Shown: positions 28,117 to 38,577, counted from the stretch's first letter. The stretch is DNA of 64,000 nucleotides from an uncultured Acidobacteriota bacterium (GCA_964565865.1 CAZMGM010000009.1:5070-69069), one strand, 5' to 3'. The notes: generated from the sequence alone by a model not told the origin. Translations and numbers: made by a program.

Positions 28117-28287
28117 GGCTCAGCAGTCCGTGGTGAAAGTCCCGCAACCCAAAGGGGAGCAGTGGTTTGCTCTCGTTGGCTGTGTTTCTCGTCGTTGTAA
28201 ATGACCAAGTATTAACTTTCTCCTCGTGCCTTGCCAGAAAACGTAGTTCAGTGGCGCGCCACCGCGCTTGACTTTTACCACAAACTG

Positions 28288-29382
28288 CTAAATCTCGATC
28301 GATATCTCAGAAGGTTCGGCCCGGTTAGCCGCCGCCACCTCCCTGGCAGTCCGGAGGGTGATGTGACGGAAGACTTGACCATATTCGGACTCGGTGTCCA
28401 GCGCGATGGGTTGACCCCGATCGCTGCGTTGGCGGATCACCGAACTCAAGGGAATCTCTCCCAGAAAAGGATAGCGAAGGTCTCGGCTGGCCTGTCGGGC
28501 ACCACCATGGCCAAAGATGTCGTCCCGTTCCCCGCAGTGTAGACAATGGAAATAACTCATGTTTTCAATGATTCCAAGCACGGGAGTATTCAGCTTCCGG
28601 AACATTGCAATCGCCTTGGACGCGACCTCGAGTGCGAGATCCTGAGGCGTCGAAACTACCACGGCTCCGGTCAGCGGAATCGTCTGGCAGAGGCTGAGCT
28701 GTACGTCGCCCGTCCCCGGAGGCAGATCGATGACCAGATAGTCGAGCTCTCCCCATTCGACCAGGCCCAGAAAGTCCTGGATCATCTTATGCAGCATTGG
28801 GCCCCTCCAGATCACGGCATCGTCCTTGGGCAGGAAATACCCCATGGAGATAAGCTTGATCCCTCTTATCTCAGGTGGGATTATCCGCTTCTCAGGGGTG
28901 AACTGGGGCGTACTGCCGTTCCCCATCAACTTTGGGATACTCGGCCCGTAGACGTCAGCGTCCATGAGCCCAACAGTGGCGCCTAGAGAATGAAGGGTGG
29001 TGGCCAGATTTGCGGCTACGGTTGATTTTCCGACTCCGCCCTTCCCACTGGCTACGGCCAGGGCATTCTTTACCAGAGGGATCAGACGGTCAGCCTGTCC
29101 GGAGCTCCTTGAGGTCACTTCCCATCCGGACTCGAAAGCGACTGACTCAACACCCGGAAGGCGGAGAAGGGCTTCTTCAGCTTCCTTCTCGACCACTTCT
29201 TGGGAGGGTGATTCGGGGTAGGGAAAAACCAGGTGGACGATGATGTCGCCGTTTCTCAGATCCAACTTACGAACATAGCCCAGATCCACGATCTTACCGG
29301 TGAAATCCGGATCGGCGACCGTATTCAGTGCTTGCAGGGCCGTATCCTGTGTCAATCTTCTCTCTTCCATTACAGACGGCAC
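28288..29382 (-). CDS. apbC: Fe-S cluster carrier ATPase Mrp/ApbC/NBP35 with N-terminal DUF59
   Basis: Deviant Walker A (GKGGVGKST), CxxC, and N-terminal MIP18/DUF59 domain. Confidence 0.85.
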   Translation of the reverse strand: MPSVMEERRLTQDTALQALNTVADPDFTGKIVDLGYVRKLDLRNGDIIVHLVFPYPESPSQEVVEKEAEEALLRLPGVESVAFESGWEVTSRSSGQADRLIPLVKNALAVASGKGGVGKSTVAANLATTLHSLGATVGLMDADVYGPSIPKLMGNGSTPQFTPEKRIIPPEIRGIKLISMGYFLPKDDAVIWRGPMLHKMIQDFLGLVEWGELDYLVIDLPPGTGDVQLSLCQTIPLTGAVVVSTPQDLALEVASKAIAMFRKLNTPVLGIIENMSYFHCLHCGERDDIFGHGGARQASRDLRYPFLGEIPLSSVIRQRSDRGQPIALDTESEYGQVFRHITLRTAREVAAANRAEPSEISIEI

Positions 29383-29471
29383 GTTACAACCTTAGGCCTC
29401 CAGAGATCAAGCTGCGCCGCGGGAGTGGTGCCGCTTCGAGCCGGCGGCTGGCAGGGAATCGAGCAATGGTT

Positions 29472-30770
29472 TCAAACAGGCTTCTGGGAGAGGACACTTC
29501 GCCGAACCGTGTACCCAAGATAGAGCGAAGAACAGGCGCGACCCATCAGTAGGGCCACGGCTGCTGCCACGGCTCCCAGTAGATCCAGACGGGCAATGCA
29601 GAACCAGAGAACCGCCATAATCACCAGCACTTCCAGAATTGATGCCCAGGTGATGGCCGGGGTCCGTCGCAGGGTGACGAGTAGACCTCTTTGGAAAGAG
29701 AGAGCGACGGCCATAGCCGGGAGCAGGAACAGTATCCGCGTGGCTGTGACAGCCAGTCCGGCCAATTCTGTAGGAAGCCCGGACAGCCACTGGTACCAGA
29801 AAGTATGGATCGGTGTAAAGGCAATCAGAGCCAGCCCCGCAGAGGTCACGAGTGCCAGTCGGCGCGTGAAGAGCATGAGGGGCCGGTAGCCTTCCAACTG
29901 TCTACCTGTTAGGGCAATTACCACCTCCTGCAGAGCCAGTCCCTGACTCCGAAACAGGAAGACGAGGGAGTGTACCACGGGTAAGACTGCCAGAGATGCC
30001 ACAGCCTCTCGACTATGGCCAACGAAAAAAGTGATCAGCGGTTGGACACCAAGTGCAAGGAAGGAGGTCATGGCCAGCGGGTAGTAAAATATGACGATCG
30101 CGGGGTAGCCAAGAGATTTCTCGGAAAGGCCCTCCAGGTTCAGTTCCTCAAGTGTCGCACCGACCATCAGACGGCTGGCTACCGCCTCGACCAGGACACC
30201 TGACGAGAGAGCCGCTGCAGCCACCGAAGCTCCCGACAGGAGGCCGGATCCAAACAGCGAAAAAGCGACCATGGCCATAGTCAGCAGTCGAATTAGGGTG
30301 CCGGCAGCAATTAGGCGGGTTCGATGACGGCGAATCAGCAATCCCTGATAGAAACGACGGTACCCGATCGCTCCAGGCCAGGGCAGAAGGAGCACAATGG
30401 CCCAGTAGGAAAGTGTCGCGACCTCGGGCGGGAGGCCGATCAGCCGAATCGCCAGCGGATAGAAGACTGAAGGCAGGGCCAGAAGCGCCATCCCGGCGGT
30501 GGCCGCAAGGCTAAGTGCGAAAGTGAAGTTCCGTAACTTCAAGTAAGAGTCCCGGTTCCGCACCAGGGCCGTGGAGGCGCTCATCATCATGATCACGGGC
30601 GCCTCGACGATGAGGGCGATGGAAAAAGCTACGCCGTATGCAGCCAGGTTAAACTTGGGCTCTGGTAGTCTCGCAACAATGGCGACCAGGATGGGACCTT
30701 CGGTCGCCATCATGACCCAGGTAGTTGCCAGAGGACTCCAGAGGCGAAAAATGCTGCGCTGGGAAAGCAC
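29472..30770 (-). CDS. Polytopic membrane transporter, MATE/flippase-like (12 predicted TM)
   Basis: About 430 aa and uniformly hydrophobic. The N-terminal region resembles MATE proteins. Family call is tentative. Confidence 0.5.
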   Translation of the reverse strand: MLSQRSIFRLWSPLATTWVMMATEGPILVAIVARLPEPKFNLAAYGVAFSIALIVEAPVIMMMSASTALVRNRDSYLKLRNFTFALSLAATAGMALLALPSVFYPLAIRLIGLPPEVATLSYWAIVLLLPWPGAIGYRRFYQGLLIRRHRTRLIAAGTLIRLLTMAMVAFSLFGSGLLSGASVAAAALSSGVLVEAVASRLMVGATLEELNLEGLSEKSLGYPAIVIFYYPLAMTSFLALGVQPLITFFVGHSREAVASLAVLPVVHSLVFLFRSQGLALQEVVIALTGRQLEGYRPLMLFTRRLALVTSAGLALIAFTPIHTFWYQWLSGLPTELAGLAVTATRILFLLPAMAVALSFQRGLLVTLRRTPAITWASILEVLVIMAVLWFCIARLDLLGAVAAAVALLMGRACSSLYLGYTVRRSVLSQKPV

Positions 30771-30773
30771 GGA

Positions 30774-31373
30774 CTAGCGGCGTCTCTCCAGCTCATTCCG
30801 GATCAGCTCTTGGGCTCCAGGCTTGAGGGTGGCTCCCATGTCAAGCATGGACTGCAGACCTTCCGTCGGCATGTCCGACAGTCTTGCCCTTAAAGCGTCC
30901 AGACCCTGTCCTGCCGAGGGAGGCCCTTGATGTCCCGGGGGCCTCTCCTCCGGACGTCCTTGGGCTCCGCCCGCCCCGGACGCGTTCGATTCGACCGGCT
31001 CCTGAAATCGCCGCTCTCCTCGGGCGAGAGTCCAGATGGTGACCACCAGAACGATCGCTGCGAATACCAAACCGAGTATCAGAATCGTCACCGTAAAACT
31101 CCGCGGGTCAGCTACAGTACTGAGTTTAAGAGTGGTACCGGGTCGGGGTAAAGAGATCTCTGGGCTGAACCCAAAAAAAACGGGCAAGCCTTTCTGCTTT
31201 CCCGTCAAAACTGATTCAGACGGATACGAGTCCGCCTTCGCCTTAGCGGACCAGATGTTGCTGCAAGTCGATCCAGGTGGAAGCACGGCAGGGTGACGAT
31301 CAGGTGTTGCAGAAGCGAGAGGTTCCAGACTCTGCCTTCCATCACGAAGTACTCCTTCAACTGATCGATTCAA
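30774..31373 (-). CDS. Hypothetical single-TM protein; likely shorter than the ORF (alternative GTG near 31091)
   Basis: One clear TM helix followed by a G/P-rich linker and an amphipathic C-terminus. The N-terminal ~90 residues look non-coding. Confidence 0.3.
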   Translation of the reverse strand: MNRSVEGVLRDGRQSLEPLASATPDRHPAVLPPGSTCSNIWSAKAKADSYPSESVLTGKQKGLPVFFGFSPEISLPRPGTTLKLSTVADPRSFTVTILILGLVFAAIVLVVTIWTLARGERRFQEPVESNASGAGGAQGRPEERPPGHQGPPSAGQGLDALRARLSDMPTEGLQSMLDMGATLKPGAQELIRNELERRR

Positions 31374-33139
31374 TAGCCGGCAACCTGTCCGTCCTTTCTC
31401 ATGTCGGAAGCCCCGTGGTAGACGCGATTAACAGGGTCCCAGAGGATAGCCTGATAGCCCCCAAATTGTCCGGGCTCCCGGGCAATTTGATGTCCCCGAC
31501 CGGACAACTCAACTCGGGTGTTTACCGGAATGCCGCTCTCCAGTGCCACGTGTCCTCCATCCGTCATTTCGCTGCCTGTGGGCTGGCTACTTCCAAAGTG
31601 TCTGTAACGTGCGGCGTCTCCCGCTTCCTGAACGTTCAACCCGAAGTCCAGGATGTTACAGAGAATCTGGACGTGTCCCTGGGGTTGCATGGCGCCTCCC
31701 ATGACACCAAAGCTGAGAAAGGGGAGGCCCTCTCTGAGAACGAACCCCGGTATAATCGTATGAAACGGTCTTTTCCCGGGGGCGTAGACGTTTGGATGCT
31801 CTGGGTCGAGGCTGAACAAGGCGCCCCGGTTCTGAAGGACGAAGCCCAGCCCGTCGGGTACCAGCCCGCTTCCGACTCCCATATAGTTGCTCTGGATCAG
31901 AGAAACCATCATCCCTTCCCGGTCGGCCACCGTGAGATAGATCGTGTCCCCGTGTTCCAGTTTCTTTTCCTCCAGATATGAATACCGATTCGCCCGGTCC
32001 ATGGAGATCATCGCCCTCTGCCGCTCAGCTCGCTCCCTCGAAAGGAGCCTCGACAGTGGCGATGCGTAAAAGTGCGGATCCGCGTAGAAGCGAGCACGAT
32101 CCTCAAAAGCAAGTTTCTTGGCCTCGATCTGGACGTGGAGGTAGTCTGTGCTGTTGTGGCCCATGGCCTGCAGGTCGAATCCTTCCAGAATATTCAATAT
32201 CTGCAGTGCTGCCAATCCCTGCCCGTTGGGGGGAAGTTCGTAAACCTCGTGACCCCGGTACGAAACCGAAATCGGTTCTACCCAGCTGCTTTCGAAGCCC
32301 GCCAGATCGGACTTTTGGAGAAACAGCCCTACTCTCCTGGCATATGCATCCATGATATCGGCCAGCTGGCCGCGGTAAAAAACATCCCCACCCCGCCGCC
32401 CGATTAGCTCGAGCGTTGTGGCTAGATCGGGATTCTTGAAAACCTCGCCCTGGCGGGCCGTCCGACCATTGGTGAGAAAGAGCTTCTGAAAGTTATCAAA
32501 TTCTGTGATCTGACCCCGGGCCTGCCGCAGTGCAGTAAGATTTTCAGACAGGTGAGCGGCGATCACCTGTGTGACCGGGAATCCGTTTGTAGCGTAGTCA
32601 ACGGCCGGTTGCAGCAGCCTGGCCATGGGCAGCTTCCCGAACCGGCCATGCAGCTTGAACCAGCCGTCCACGGTGCCTGGCACCGTAACGGGAAGGGGGC
32701 CACGCTCTGGTATAGCCCGGGCCGGCCCCGCCTCCTCGAGCATCTTTTCGTAGCTCAGTTTGGACGGTGAGGGTCCACTGGCATTGAGACCGTACAACTG
32801 CTGGGTCTCCGGATCCCAAACCATTGCGAATAGATCACCACCGACGCCGCAGCCGGTAGGCTCCATCAGTCCCAGAGCAGCATTGGCCGCGATGGCTGCA
32901 TCTATGGCACTGCCTCCCTGCTTTAGAATGTCCACGGCAATTTGCGAGGCCAGAGGGTGGCTGGTCGCCGCAATCCCATTCTGAGCCAGCAGCGGGCTGC
33001 GAGTGGCAAAGGGCCTGCCGGTGACTCGGTCTCCACCGCCCTGCCCCATTACGACCCTGCCGGCGATGGAGGAAAACAACAATCCCGGGAGAAGCGTCAG
33101 GGCTGTCCGATTAAACCCCCAATGCCAATATACATCCAT
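31370..33139 (-). CDS. ggt: Gamma-glutamyltransferase
   Basis: Ntn-hydrolase GGT blocks, including the TIYLTVAD nucleophile-Thr region and the GGA...PQGH C-terminal motifs. Confidence 0.85.
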   Translation of the reverse strand: MDVYWHWGFNRTALTLLPGLLFSSIAGRVVMGQGGGDRVTGRPFATRSPLLAQNGIAATSHPLASQIAVDILKQGGSAIDAAIAANAALGLMEPTGCGVGGDLFAMVWDPETQQLYGLNASGPSPSKLSYEKMLEEAGPARAIPERGPLPVTVPGTVDGWFKLHGRFGKLPMARLLQPAVDYATNGFPVTQVIAAHLSENLTALRQARGQITEFDNFQKLFLTNGRTARQGEVFKNPDLATTLELIGRRGGDVFYRGQLADIMDAYARRVGLFLQKSDLAGFESSWVEPISVSYRGHEVYELPPNGQGLAALQILNILEGFDLQAMGHNSTDYLHVQIEAKKLAFEDRARFYADPHFYASPLSRLLSRERAERQRAMISMDRANRYSYLEEKKLEHGDTIYLTVADREGMMVSLIQSNYMGVGSGLVPDGLGFVLQNRGALFSLDPEHPNVYAPGKRPFHTIIPGFVLREGLPFLSFGVMGGAMQPQGHVQILCNILDFGLNVQEAGDAARYRHFGSSQPTGSEMTDGGHVALESGIPVNTRVELSGRGHQIAREPGQFGGYQAILWDPVNRVYHGASDMRKDGQVAGY

Positions 33140-33326
33140 GATTGGTGAACCAGTCTACACCAGCCGCGTAGCATCTCGTCTTGAGGACGGCAGGATCCGG
33201 TTCACCCGATCCTCCCAACACGCGGTGTTTCTGGGAGATCCAACCGCGCGAGACTTCTGCTACGGTAAGCTGGGGTCCAGTGGTATCTTTGGGTCGGAGA
33301 CGTTTCCAGAAATAGGGATTTTGCGC

Positions 33327-34649
33327 GTGCAACGACTGCTCTTTCTGACCCTCGCACTGCACTTCTTGCAGACAGCCTCCATGGCGGAAAGCAAGGATCG
33401 TTACTGGCCCCAGTGGCGTGGCCCTCTGGCCAGTGGGACGGCTCCGGATGCTGACCCTCCGGTGGCGTGGAGTGAGAGTAGGAACATTAAGTGGAAGGTC
33501 AGGTTGCCCGGCAAGGGGCATTCGACACCCATTGTTTGGGAGGATCGTATTTTCATCACAACCGCGGTTTCAGAGGGAGAACCACTGGAACCGCGTTACG
33601 ATAACGCTGCTGGATCCCACGACAGCCTTCCTGTAACCCATCGCCATAGGTCGGTTGTCCTCGCTGTTGACCGCTGCGACGGCAAGATACTGTGGCAGCG
33701 GACTCTGCATTACGGAGTCCCTCAGGAAGGCGGTCACTACACGGGCAGTTTTGCTTCGAACTCCCCGGTGACAGACGGCGAACATCTTTTCGCATTCTTT
33801 GGATCTCGCGGTCTATACGGCCTGGGCCTGAGCGGTGAAATACAGTGGAACATGGACCTTGGACAGATGCAAACCAAACACGCCCACGGGGAAGCAAGTT
33901 CGCCGGCCCTCCACGGCGACACACTGGTCATCAACTGGGACCACGAAGGACAATCATTCGTAATGGCGCTTGACAAAAGGAGTGGGGCACAGCGCTGGAA
34001 AGTAGAGCGAAATGAAGTCACGTCATGGGCCACGCCTCTCATTGTCGAACATGAGGGGGGAGTCCAGGTCATCGTCAGCGGCAGTGGGCGTGTGCGCGCG
34101 TATGACCTGGGAACCGGAGCTGTCATCTGGGAGTGTGGTGGTTTGTCTGCCAACATCGTGGCTTCGCCGGTAGCGGCGGAGGGGATGGTTTTCGCTGGTA
34201 GCAGCTACGACACGCAGGCCATGCTGGCGATTCGCCTCAGCGGGGCCCGGAGCGACGTCACCGGAACCAACCAGGTGGTGTGGGCCCGCACCCGAGGAAC
34301 ACCCTATGTTCCCTCGCCCCTGCTTTACGAAGGCTGGCTATATTTCCTGCACCACTACCAGGGGATCCTGTCACGGGTGGAAGCAAAGACCGGGGAAGAA
34401 CGGTCTGGGCCCTTCAGGCTGGGAGGCATTCGCAATGTGTATGCCTCTCCCGTCGGTGCTGCAGGCCGCGTGTACATTACCGCCCGTAATGGCACGACCG
34501 TCGTGGTCAGCCACGGAGACACCCCCCGAATCCTATCCGTAAACCGGCTGCAGGACCGGTTCAGTGCCTCACCTGCTGTCGTCGGAGGCGAGCTGTTCTT
34601 GCGAGGAGAGCGCAACCTTTATTGCATTGCGGAGGAAGCAAGAAAGTGA
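33327..34649 (+). CDS. PQQ-like beta-propeller repeat protein, secreted
   Basis: Repeated W/G-rich blade motifs (PQWRGP, AVDRCDGKILWQ, YDLGTGAVIWE). GTG start at about 33327 gives a signal peptide. The ORF-track start at 33003 would overlap ggt. Confidence 0.65.
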   Translation: MQRLLFLTLALHFLQTASMAESKDRYWPQWRGPLASGTAPDADPPVAWSESRNIKWKVRLPGKGHSTPIVWEDRIFITTAVSEGEPLEPRYDNAAGSHDSLPVTHRHRSVVLAVDRCDGKILWQRTLHYGVPQEGGHYTGSFASNSPVTDGEHLFAFFGSRGLYGLGLSGEIQWNMDLGQMQTKHAHGEASSPALHGDTLVINWDHEGQSFVMALDKRSGAQRWKVERNEVTSWATPLIVEHEGGVQVIVSGSGRVRAYDLGTGAVIWECGGLSANIVASPVAAEGMVFAGSSYDTQAMLAIRLSGARSDVTGTNQVVWARTRGTPYVPSPLLYEGWLYFLHHYQGILSRVEAKTGEERSGPFRLGGIRNVYASPVGAAGRVYITARNGTTVVVSHGDTPRILSVNRLQDRFSASPAVVGGELFLRGERNLYCIAEEARK

Positions 34650-34704
34650 ATGTGCCCCTTGCTTAGAGCCTTCCGGCCCGCGCTGAGCTGGTACAATCCG
34701 CCGT

Positions 34705-35094
34705 ATGGACCGAAGAACTTATTTACTTGCTTTCTTAGGCACAGCTCCCTTTTGGAACCGTTTCCCCAGGGCTCAGACACTTCCGATTCAGCTTCATGCT
34801 GACCTGGAAGTGCACCCTTCACGGGAAGCAGAGATGGAACATAACTACCACCACATCTTCCGTCCCGCGATTCAGAGCCAGCCCGGGTTCCTGGATGTCC
34901 GGTTGTTGAAAATACGGCGGGCGTTGGCAGGGCGGGCCCCTGTCAACGCCCGCTACCGACTGTTGATCAGCTTTGAGAGCGAAGAACTACGAAGGAAATG
35001 GGTGGCTACGGATGAGCATCAGCGCGCCTGGCCTACCATCGAAAAGACCCTGACCGGATCCAAGTTTACCGCCCTCTTGTACGACCTGGCCTGA
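34705..35094 (+). CDS. ABM (antibiotic biosynthesis monooxygenase)-like small protein, possible Tat signal
   Basis: N-terminal DRRTYLLAFLG and an ABM-like ferredoxin-fold C-terminus. Weak. Confidence 0.4.
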   Translation: MDRRTYLLAFLGTAPFWNRFPRAQTLPIQLHADLEVHPSREAEMEHNYHHIFRPAIQSQPGFLDVRLLKIRRALAGRAPVNARYRLLISFESEELRRKWVATDEHQRAWPTIEKTLTGSKFTALLYDLA

Positions 35095-35256
35095 TTGGGG
35101 CACAAACTTCTGGCCTCCCCCTCGCCGGTTCAATCCAGACGGGTCCAGGAGTATCTTGGGAAACAACGGATTCAATCCCAAATCACTGGTGAATCAACCT
35201 GAGAAGGTTCGAGAATCCGAGCCTTTGTATCCCATCGTCGCTGGTAGGCGTACACC

Positions 35257-35344
35257 TGCAGGATTCTGGTGCCGGAGGGGAGATTCGAACTCCCACGGGC
35301 GCAAGGCCCACTGCGCCCTGAACGCAGCGCGTCTACCAGTTCCA
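35257..35344 (-). tRNA. tRNA-Leu (anticodon CAG), 88 nt, CCA encoded
   Basis: Manual fold: acceptor GCCGGAG/CTCCGGC; D-arm GTGGTGGAACTGGTAGAC; anticodon stem CTGCG/CGCAG with loop TTCAGGG; long variable arm; T-arm GGGAGTTCGAATCTCCC. Confidence 0.85.
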
Positions 35345-35705
35345 CCACTCCGGCACCGGTTCGGCAGGCGGCCAGTCTACAACAACGAGTGGAAGAATAG
35401 GAAGGTTCACCTAATAGGACCGTGATGGTGCACACTCGGGGCGTGCGTTGGTCGGTTCTGTCCTTTAGCACTTCGCAGAACCAGGGGTACGCAGAGAGCT
35501 TGAGTTTAGAATTCTTCAGCTTGCCACCCACGTTGAACAGTCCCTTCAGCGGATGGATTTCGAAGCCCGGTGTCCGGTAGTTCTGGGGACGGTATTTTTC
35601 GGGGATGTTGGTGCAGTTGCCATCTCGAGCCGCCGAGTAAAGAGAGGACATGATTTCAATGTCGGGGATGGGTTGGCTGAAGCCATCTGCTAATATTTTG
35701 CCGGG

Positions 35706-37067
35706 ATGTCGGAACAAATAGTCGTTGTTGGGGGAAATGCCGCGGGCATGACGGCAGCCAGCCGGGCCGCAAGGATCGACCCGAACCTGGACATCCAGAT
35801 TCTAGAGGCCAGCCGTTTCATCTCCTACAGCACCTGCGGCCTACCCTACTACGTGGCACAGATACTGGGACGCCACTCTGACCTTGTTCAGTTCACGCCC
35901 CGGACGCTAAAGGAAAGAAGGGGCATTCGCGCCCGCACCGGGGCACGAGTTGTGGAGATTCTGCCTGGACGGCGCCGGGTGCGCTACCTGGAGAGCGAAA
36001 GTGGGCGTGATTCTCTCGTCCACTACGACAGGCTGGTCATCGCCACCGGGTACAAGCCGCTGTTGCCTCGATTCATCCCACAACACGAAATCCGTGGCCT
36101 GCTCACAATGAGTCGGCTAGAGGACGGAATCCGGCTACACGATCTCACCTCGTCCTGCCGGAAGGCCATTGTCGTCGGGGGAGGCTACATTGGTTTGATG
36201 ATGGCTGAAGCTCTGGTCGCGAGGAGTCTGGAAGTCACCCTTCTCGACCGGAATCGCCAGGTTTGCGGTGAGCTGGACGAGGACATGGCAAGGATCGTCC
36301 AGCAAGAGCTTGAGAGCAACGGCGTGGGCGTTCTGCTCGAAACCCGAGTCACCGGAATCGTTGAGGAAGGAAGACGGCTGCGGGCGCTCCAGGTCGGGCG
36401 AGAGACGCTCCCCTGTGACCTGGGCTTGGTGGACGTCGGCGTAGGGCCCAACACGGATCTGGCTGAGCAGGCTGGCATACCTCTGGGAATGAGTAGTGCC
36501 ATTCAGGTCGATGGGCGAGGCCAGACACAGCTGCCTGGGATTTACGCAGCGGGAAACTGTGCCGAAACCATCCACCTAGTGACGGGAAAGCCGATTGCAC
36601 CTGCCCTGGGAACTTCGGCTGCCAAACAGGGGCGAGTGGTGGGAGAGAATCTGGCGGGCAGGCGCTCCCAGTTCCCTGGAACCCTTGAGACCTCTGTGGA
36701 AAAGGTCTTTAGTCTCGGAGTTGCCCGCACCGGTCTGACCCTCCGGCAGGCAGTTGCAGACGGTTTTGAGGCGGACTCCGTGCACATTAAGGCGCTCGAT
36801 CGGGCTGCCTATTACCCTGAATCACAGCCCCTCCATGTGAAGCTGGTTTTTGAGCGCAGGACGCTGCGGCTCCTGGGAGGCCAGATGATTGGTGGCGGTC
36901 CCTCGGCCAAACGGATCGATACGCTCGTGACAGCCCTCACCGCACGAATGACCGTGCGCGACTTGAGCCAGCTGGACCTTGCATATGCACCTCCCTTCGG
37001 AACTCTCTGGGATCCTTTGCAGATCGCGGCCAATGTGGCCCTACGAAAGGCGGGGCCCGGGTTCTAG
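35706..37067 (+). CDS. FAD-dependent pyridine nucleotide-disulfide oxidoreductase (CoA-disulfide reductase/NADH oxidase family)
   Basis: GGNAAG FAD motif, single redox Cys in SYSTCGLPY, a second Rossmann motif (VVGGGYIG) and a dimerisation domain. Confidence 0.8.
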   Translation: MSEQIVVVGGNAAGMTAASRAARIDPNLDIQILEASRFISYSTCGLPYYVAQILGRHSDLVQFTPRTLKERRGIRARTGARVVEILPGRRRVRYLESESGRDSLVHYDRLVIATGYKPLLPRFIPQHEIRGLLTMSRLEDGIRLHDLTSSCRKAIVVGGGYIGLMMAEALVARSLEVTLLDRNRQVCGELDEDMARIVQQELESNGVGVLLETRVTGIVEEGRRLRALQVGRETLPCDLGLVDVGVGPNTDLAEQAGIPLGMSSAIQVDGRGQTQLPGIYAAGNCAETIHLVTGKPIAPALGTSAAKQGRVVGENLAGRRSQFPGTLETSVEKVFSLGVARTGLTLRQAVADGFEADSVHIKALDRAAYYPESQPLHVKLVFERRTLRLLGGQMIGGGPSAKRIDTLVTALTARMTVRDLSQLDLAYAPPFGTLWDPLQIAANVALRKAGPGF

Positions 37068-37140
37068 CTTTGCGCTCGCGAGCCTCTAAAGGGAGGAGGG
37101 CCTTCCATGGCCCGATCCGATCGCCACGTGGAAGCGAATC

Positions 37141-38547
37141 CTAGCTTCTGCCAATCCCAGCACCTACCTTCTCCAGCGCTGCCACAATCTCTTCCTCCTC
37201 CCCTTCCAGGACGGTGCGCAGGTCGATCAACAGGCGGTCTTTTTCGATGCGGACCATGATGGGAGGCCGGTGAAGCCGAAGCCCTTCCTCGATCTGATTC
37301 GGGGTATGGAGCGAGGAGTTCACGCACAGGACCGGGCCGGCGATCTGCTGACCGGGTGCCGACCCTCCCCCCACTACGGATTCCGCTTCCTCAATGCTGA
37401 TGTCCAGGGCCTTGCTCTGGAGGCGAGCGGCGACTCGTTCTGTGCGTGTCCGCAACTCAGCCCCCGAGGTAGAAATCATCCTTCTCACCTCAATTCCACT
37501 GGTTTCTCGATTCTGCTCGTACTCCAGGAGAGTGTGCTCCAGCAGTGCACAGGTCACCTTGTCAATTCTGAGGGCGCGCATCATCGGGTTCCTACGTACT
37601 TTTTCGAGGAGGTCCCGCTTTCCTAGAATAATGCCCGCCTGGGGGCCCCCGAGCACCTTGTCGCCGCTAAAACAGACCAGGCTGGCACCCTGTTCGAGGG
37701 ACGACTTGACACTCGGCTCGTCCTGGAGGGACGGATCCGGAGAGTCGAAAAGCAGGCCGCTTCCAACGTCATGGGCCAGGGGAACGGATGTTCGGGCAGA
37801 GAGTGCGACTAGTTGTTCCAGAGTAGGAGACTGGGTAAAACCGACGATTCGATAGTTGCTGGGGTGGACCGACAGAATCAGTCCGGTGTCCTCATCCACC
37901 GCCTGGGCGAAATCTTCTTTCCTTGTCTTGTTCGTAGTGCCCACTTCCTGGAGCCGGGCGCCACTGCGTTGCATAATCTCTGGAATCCGAAAGGAGCCGC
38001 CGATCTCAACCAGCTCTCCCCTGGAGACCAGAACCTTTTTCCCCAGGGCAAACGTGTTCAGGATAAGTAAGAGGGCGGCCGCATTGTTGTTGCAGACTGT
38101 CGCGGCACGGCACCCTACGAGGCGGGTCAGCAGTGCTTCCAGGTGCCGATCCCGATGTCCTCGGGTTCCTTTGTTCAGGTCGAGTTCAAGGTTGGAGTAG
38201 CCGGCAGCCAGGTCAAGTGCCTTTCCTGCTATTTTTCGGGACATCGGAGCACGGCCCAGGTTGGTGTGAATAATCACTCCCGTAGCGTTCACGACCCTCC
38301 TCAAAGAAGGCGCGAGCCGTTGTTCTAAGGAGTTCCGGATAGCGGCAGGTAATTGTTCGATTCGGGATCTCAGCTTCTCGGAATCAAGCTTGCCGCTGCG
38401 GGTGGTCTGGCGCAGTCGATCAAGGTGGCCGCGGATTTCGTTCACCACTAGCTCCCTCGAGTATTGCTCGAAGAGATCTTCAACCACCGGATCCTCACAG
38501 AGCTGGTCGACGGCCGGGATGAGACGGAGAGAACTCGATTGGGTCAC
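37141..38547 (-). CDS. selA: L-seryl-tRNA(Sec) selenium transferase (selenocysteine synthase)
   Basis: SelA N-terminal region, PLP-fold core with VVNATGVIIHTNLGRAP, and SelA length. GTG start. Confidence 0.8.
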   Translation of the reverse strand: MTQSSSLRLIPAVDQLCEDPVVEDLFEQYSRELVVNEIRGHLDRLRQTTRSGKLDSEKLRSRIEQLPAAIRNSLEQRLAPSLRRVVNATGVIIHTNLGRAPMSRKIAGKALDLAAGYSNLELDLNKGTRGHRDRHLEALLTRLVGCRAATVCNNNAAALLLILNTFALGKKVLVSRGELVEIGGSFRIPEIMQRSGARLQEVGTTNKTRKEDFAQAVDEDTGLILSVHPSNYRIVGFTQSPTLEQLVALSARTSVPLAHDVGSGLLFDSPDPSLQDEPSVKSSLEQGASLVCFSGDKVLGGPQAGIILGKRDLLEKVRRNPMMRALRIDKVTCALLEHTLLEYEQNRETSGIEVRRMISTSGAELRTRTERVAARLQSKALDISIEEAESVVGGGSAPGQQIAGPVLCVNSSLHTPNQIEEGLRLHRPPIMVRIEKDRLLIDLRTVLEGEEEEIVAALEKVGAGIGRS

Positions 38548-38577
38548 TCGACTATTATACGGTGTGCTCCTTTGGCA

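Noticed and set aside
35172-35717. 181-aa minus-strand ORF between the oxidoreductase and tRNA-Leu
   Set aside because: Its C-terminal third runs straight through the tRNA-Leu gene. At most the first ~120 codons could be real, and no family is recognisable. It was left unannotated.
35706-37067. Possibility that the flavoprotein disulfide reductase next to selA is a selenoprotein
   Set aside because: The redox residue in SYSTCGLPY is encoded by a Cys codon. There is no in-frame TGA and the ORF is uninterrupted.
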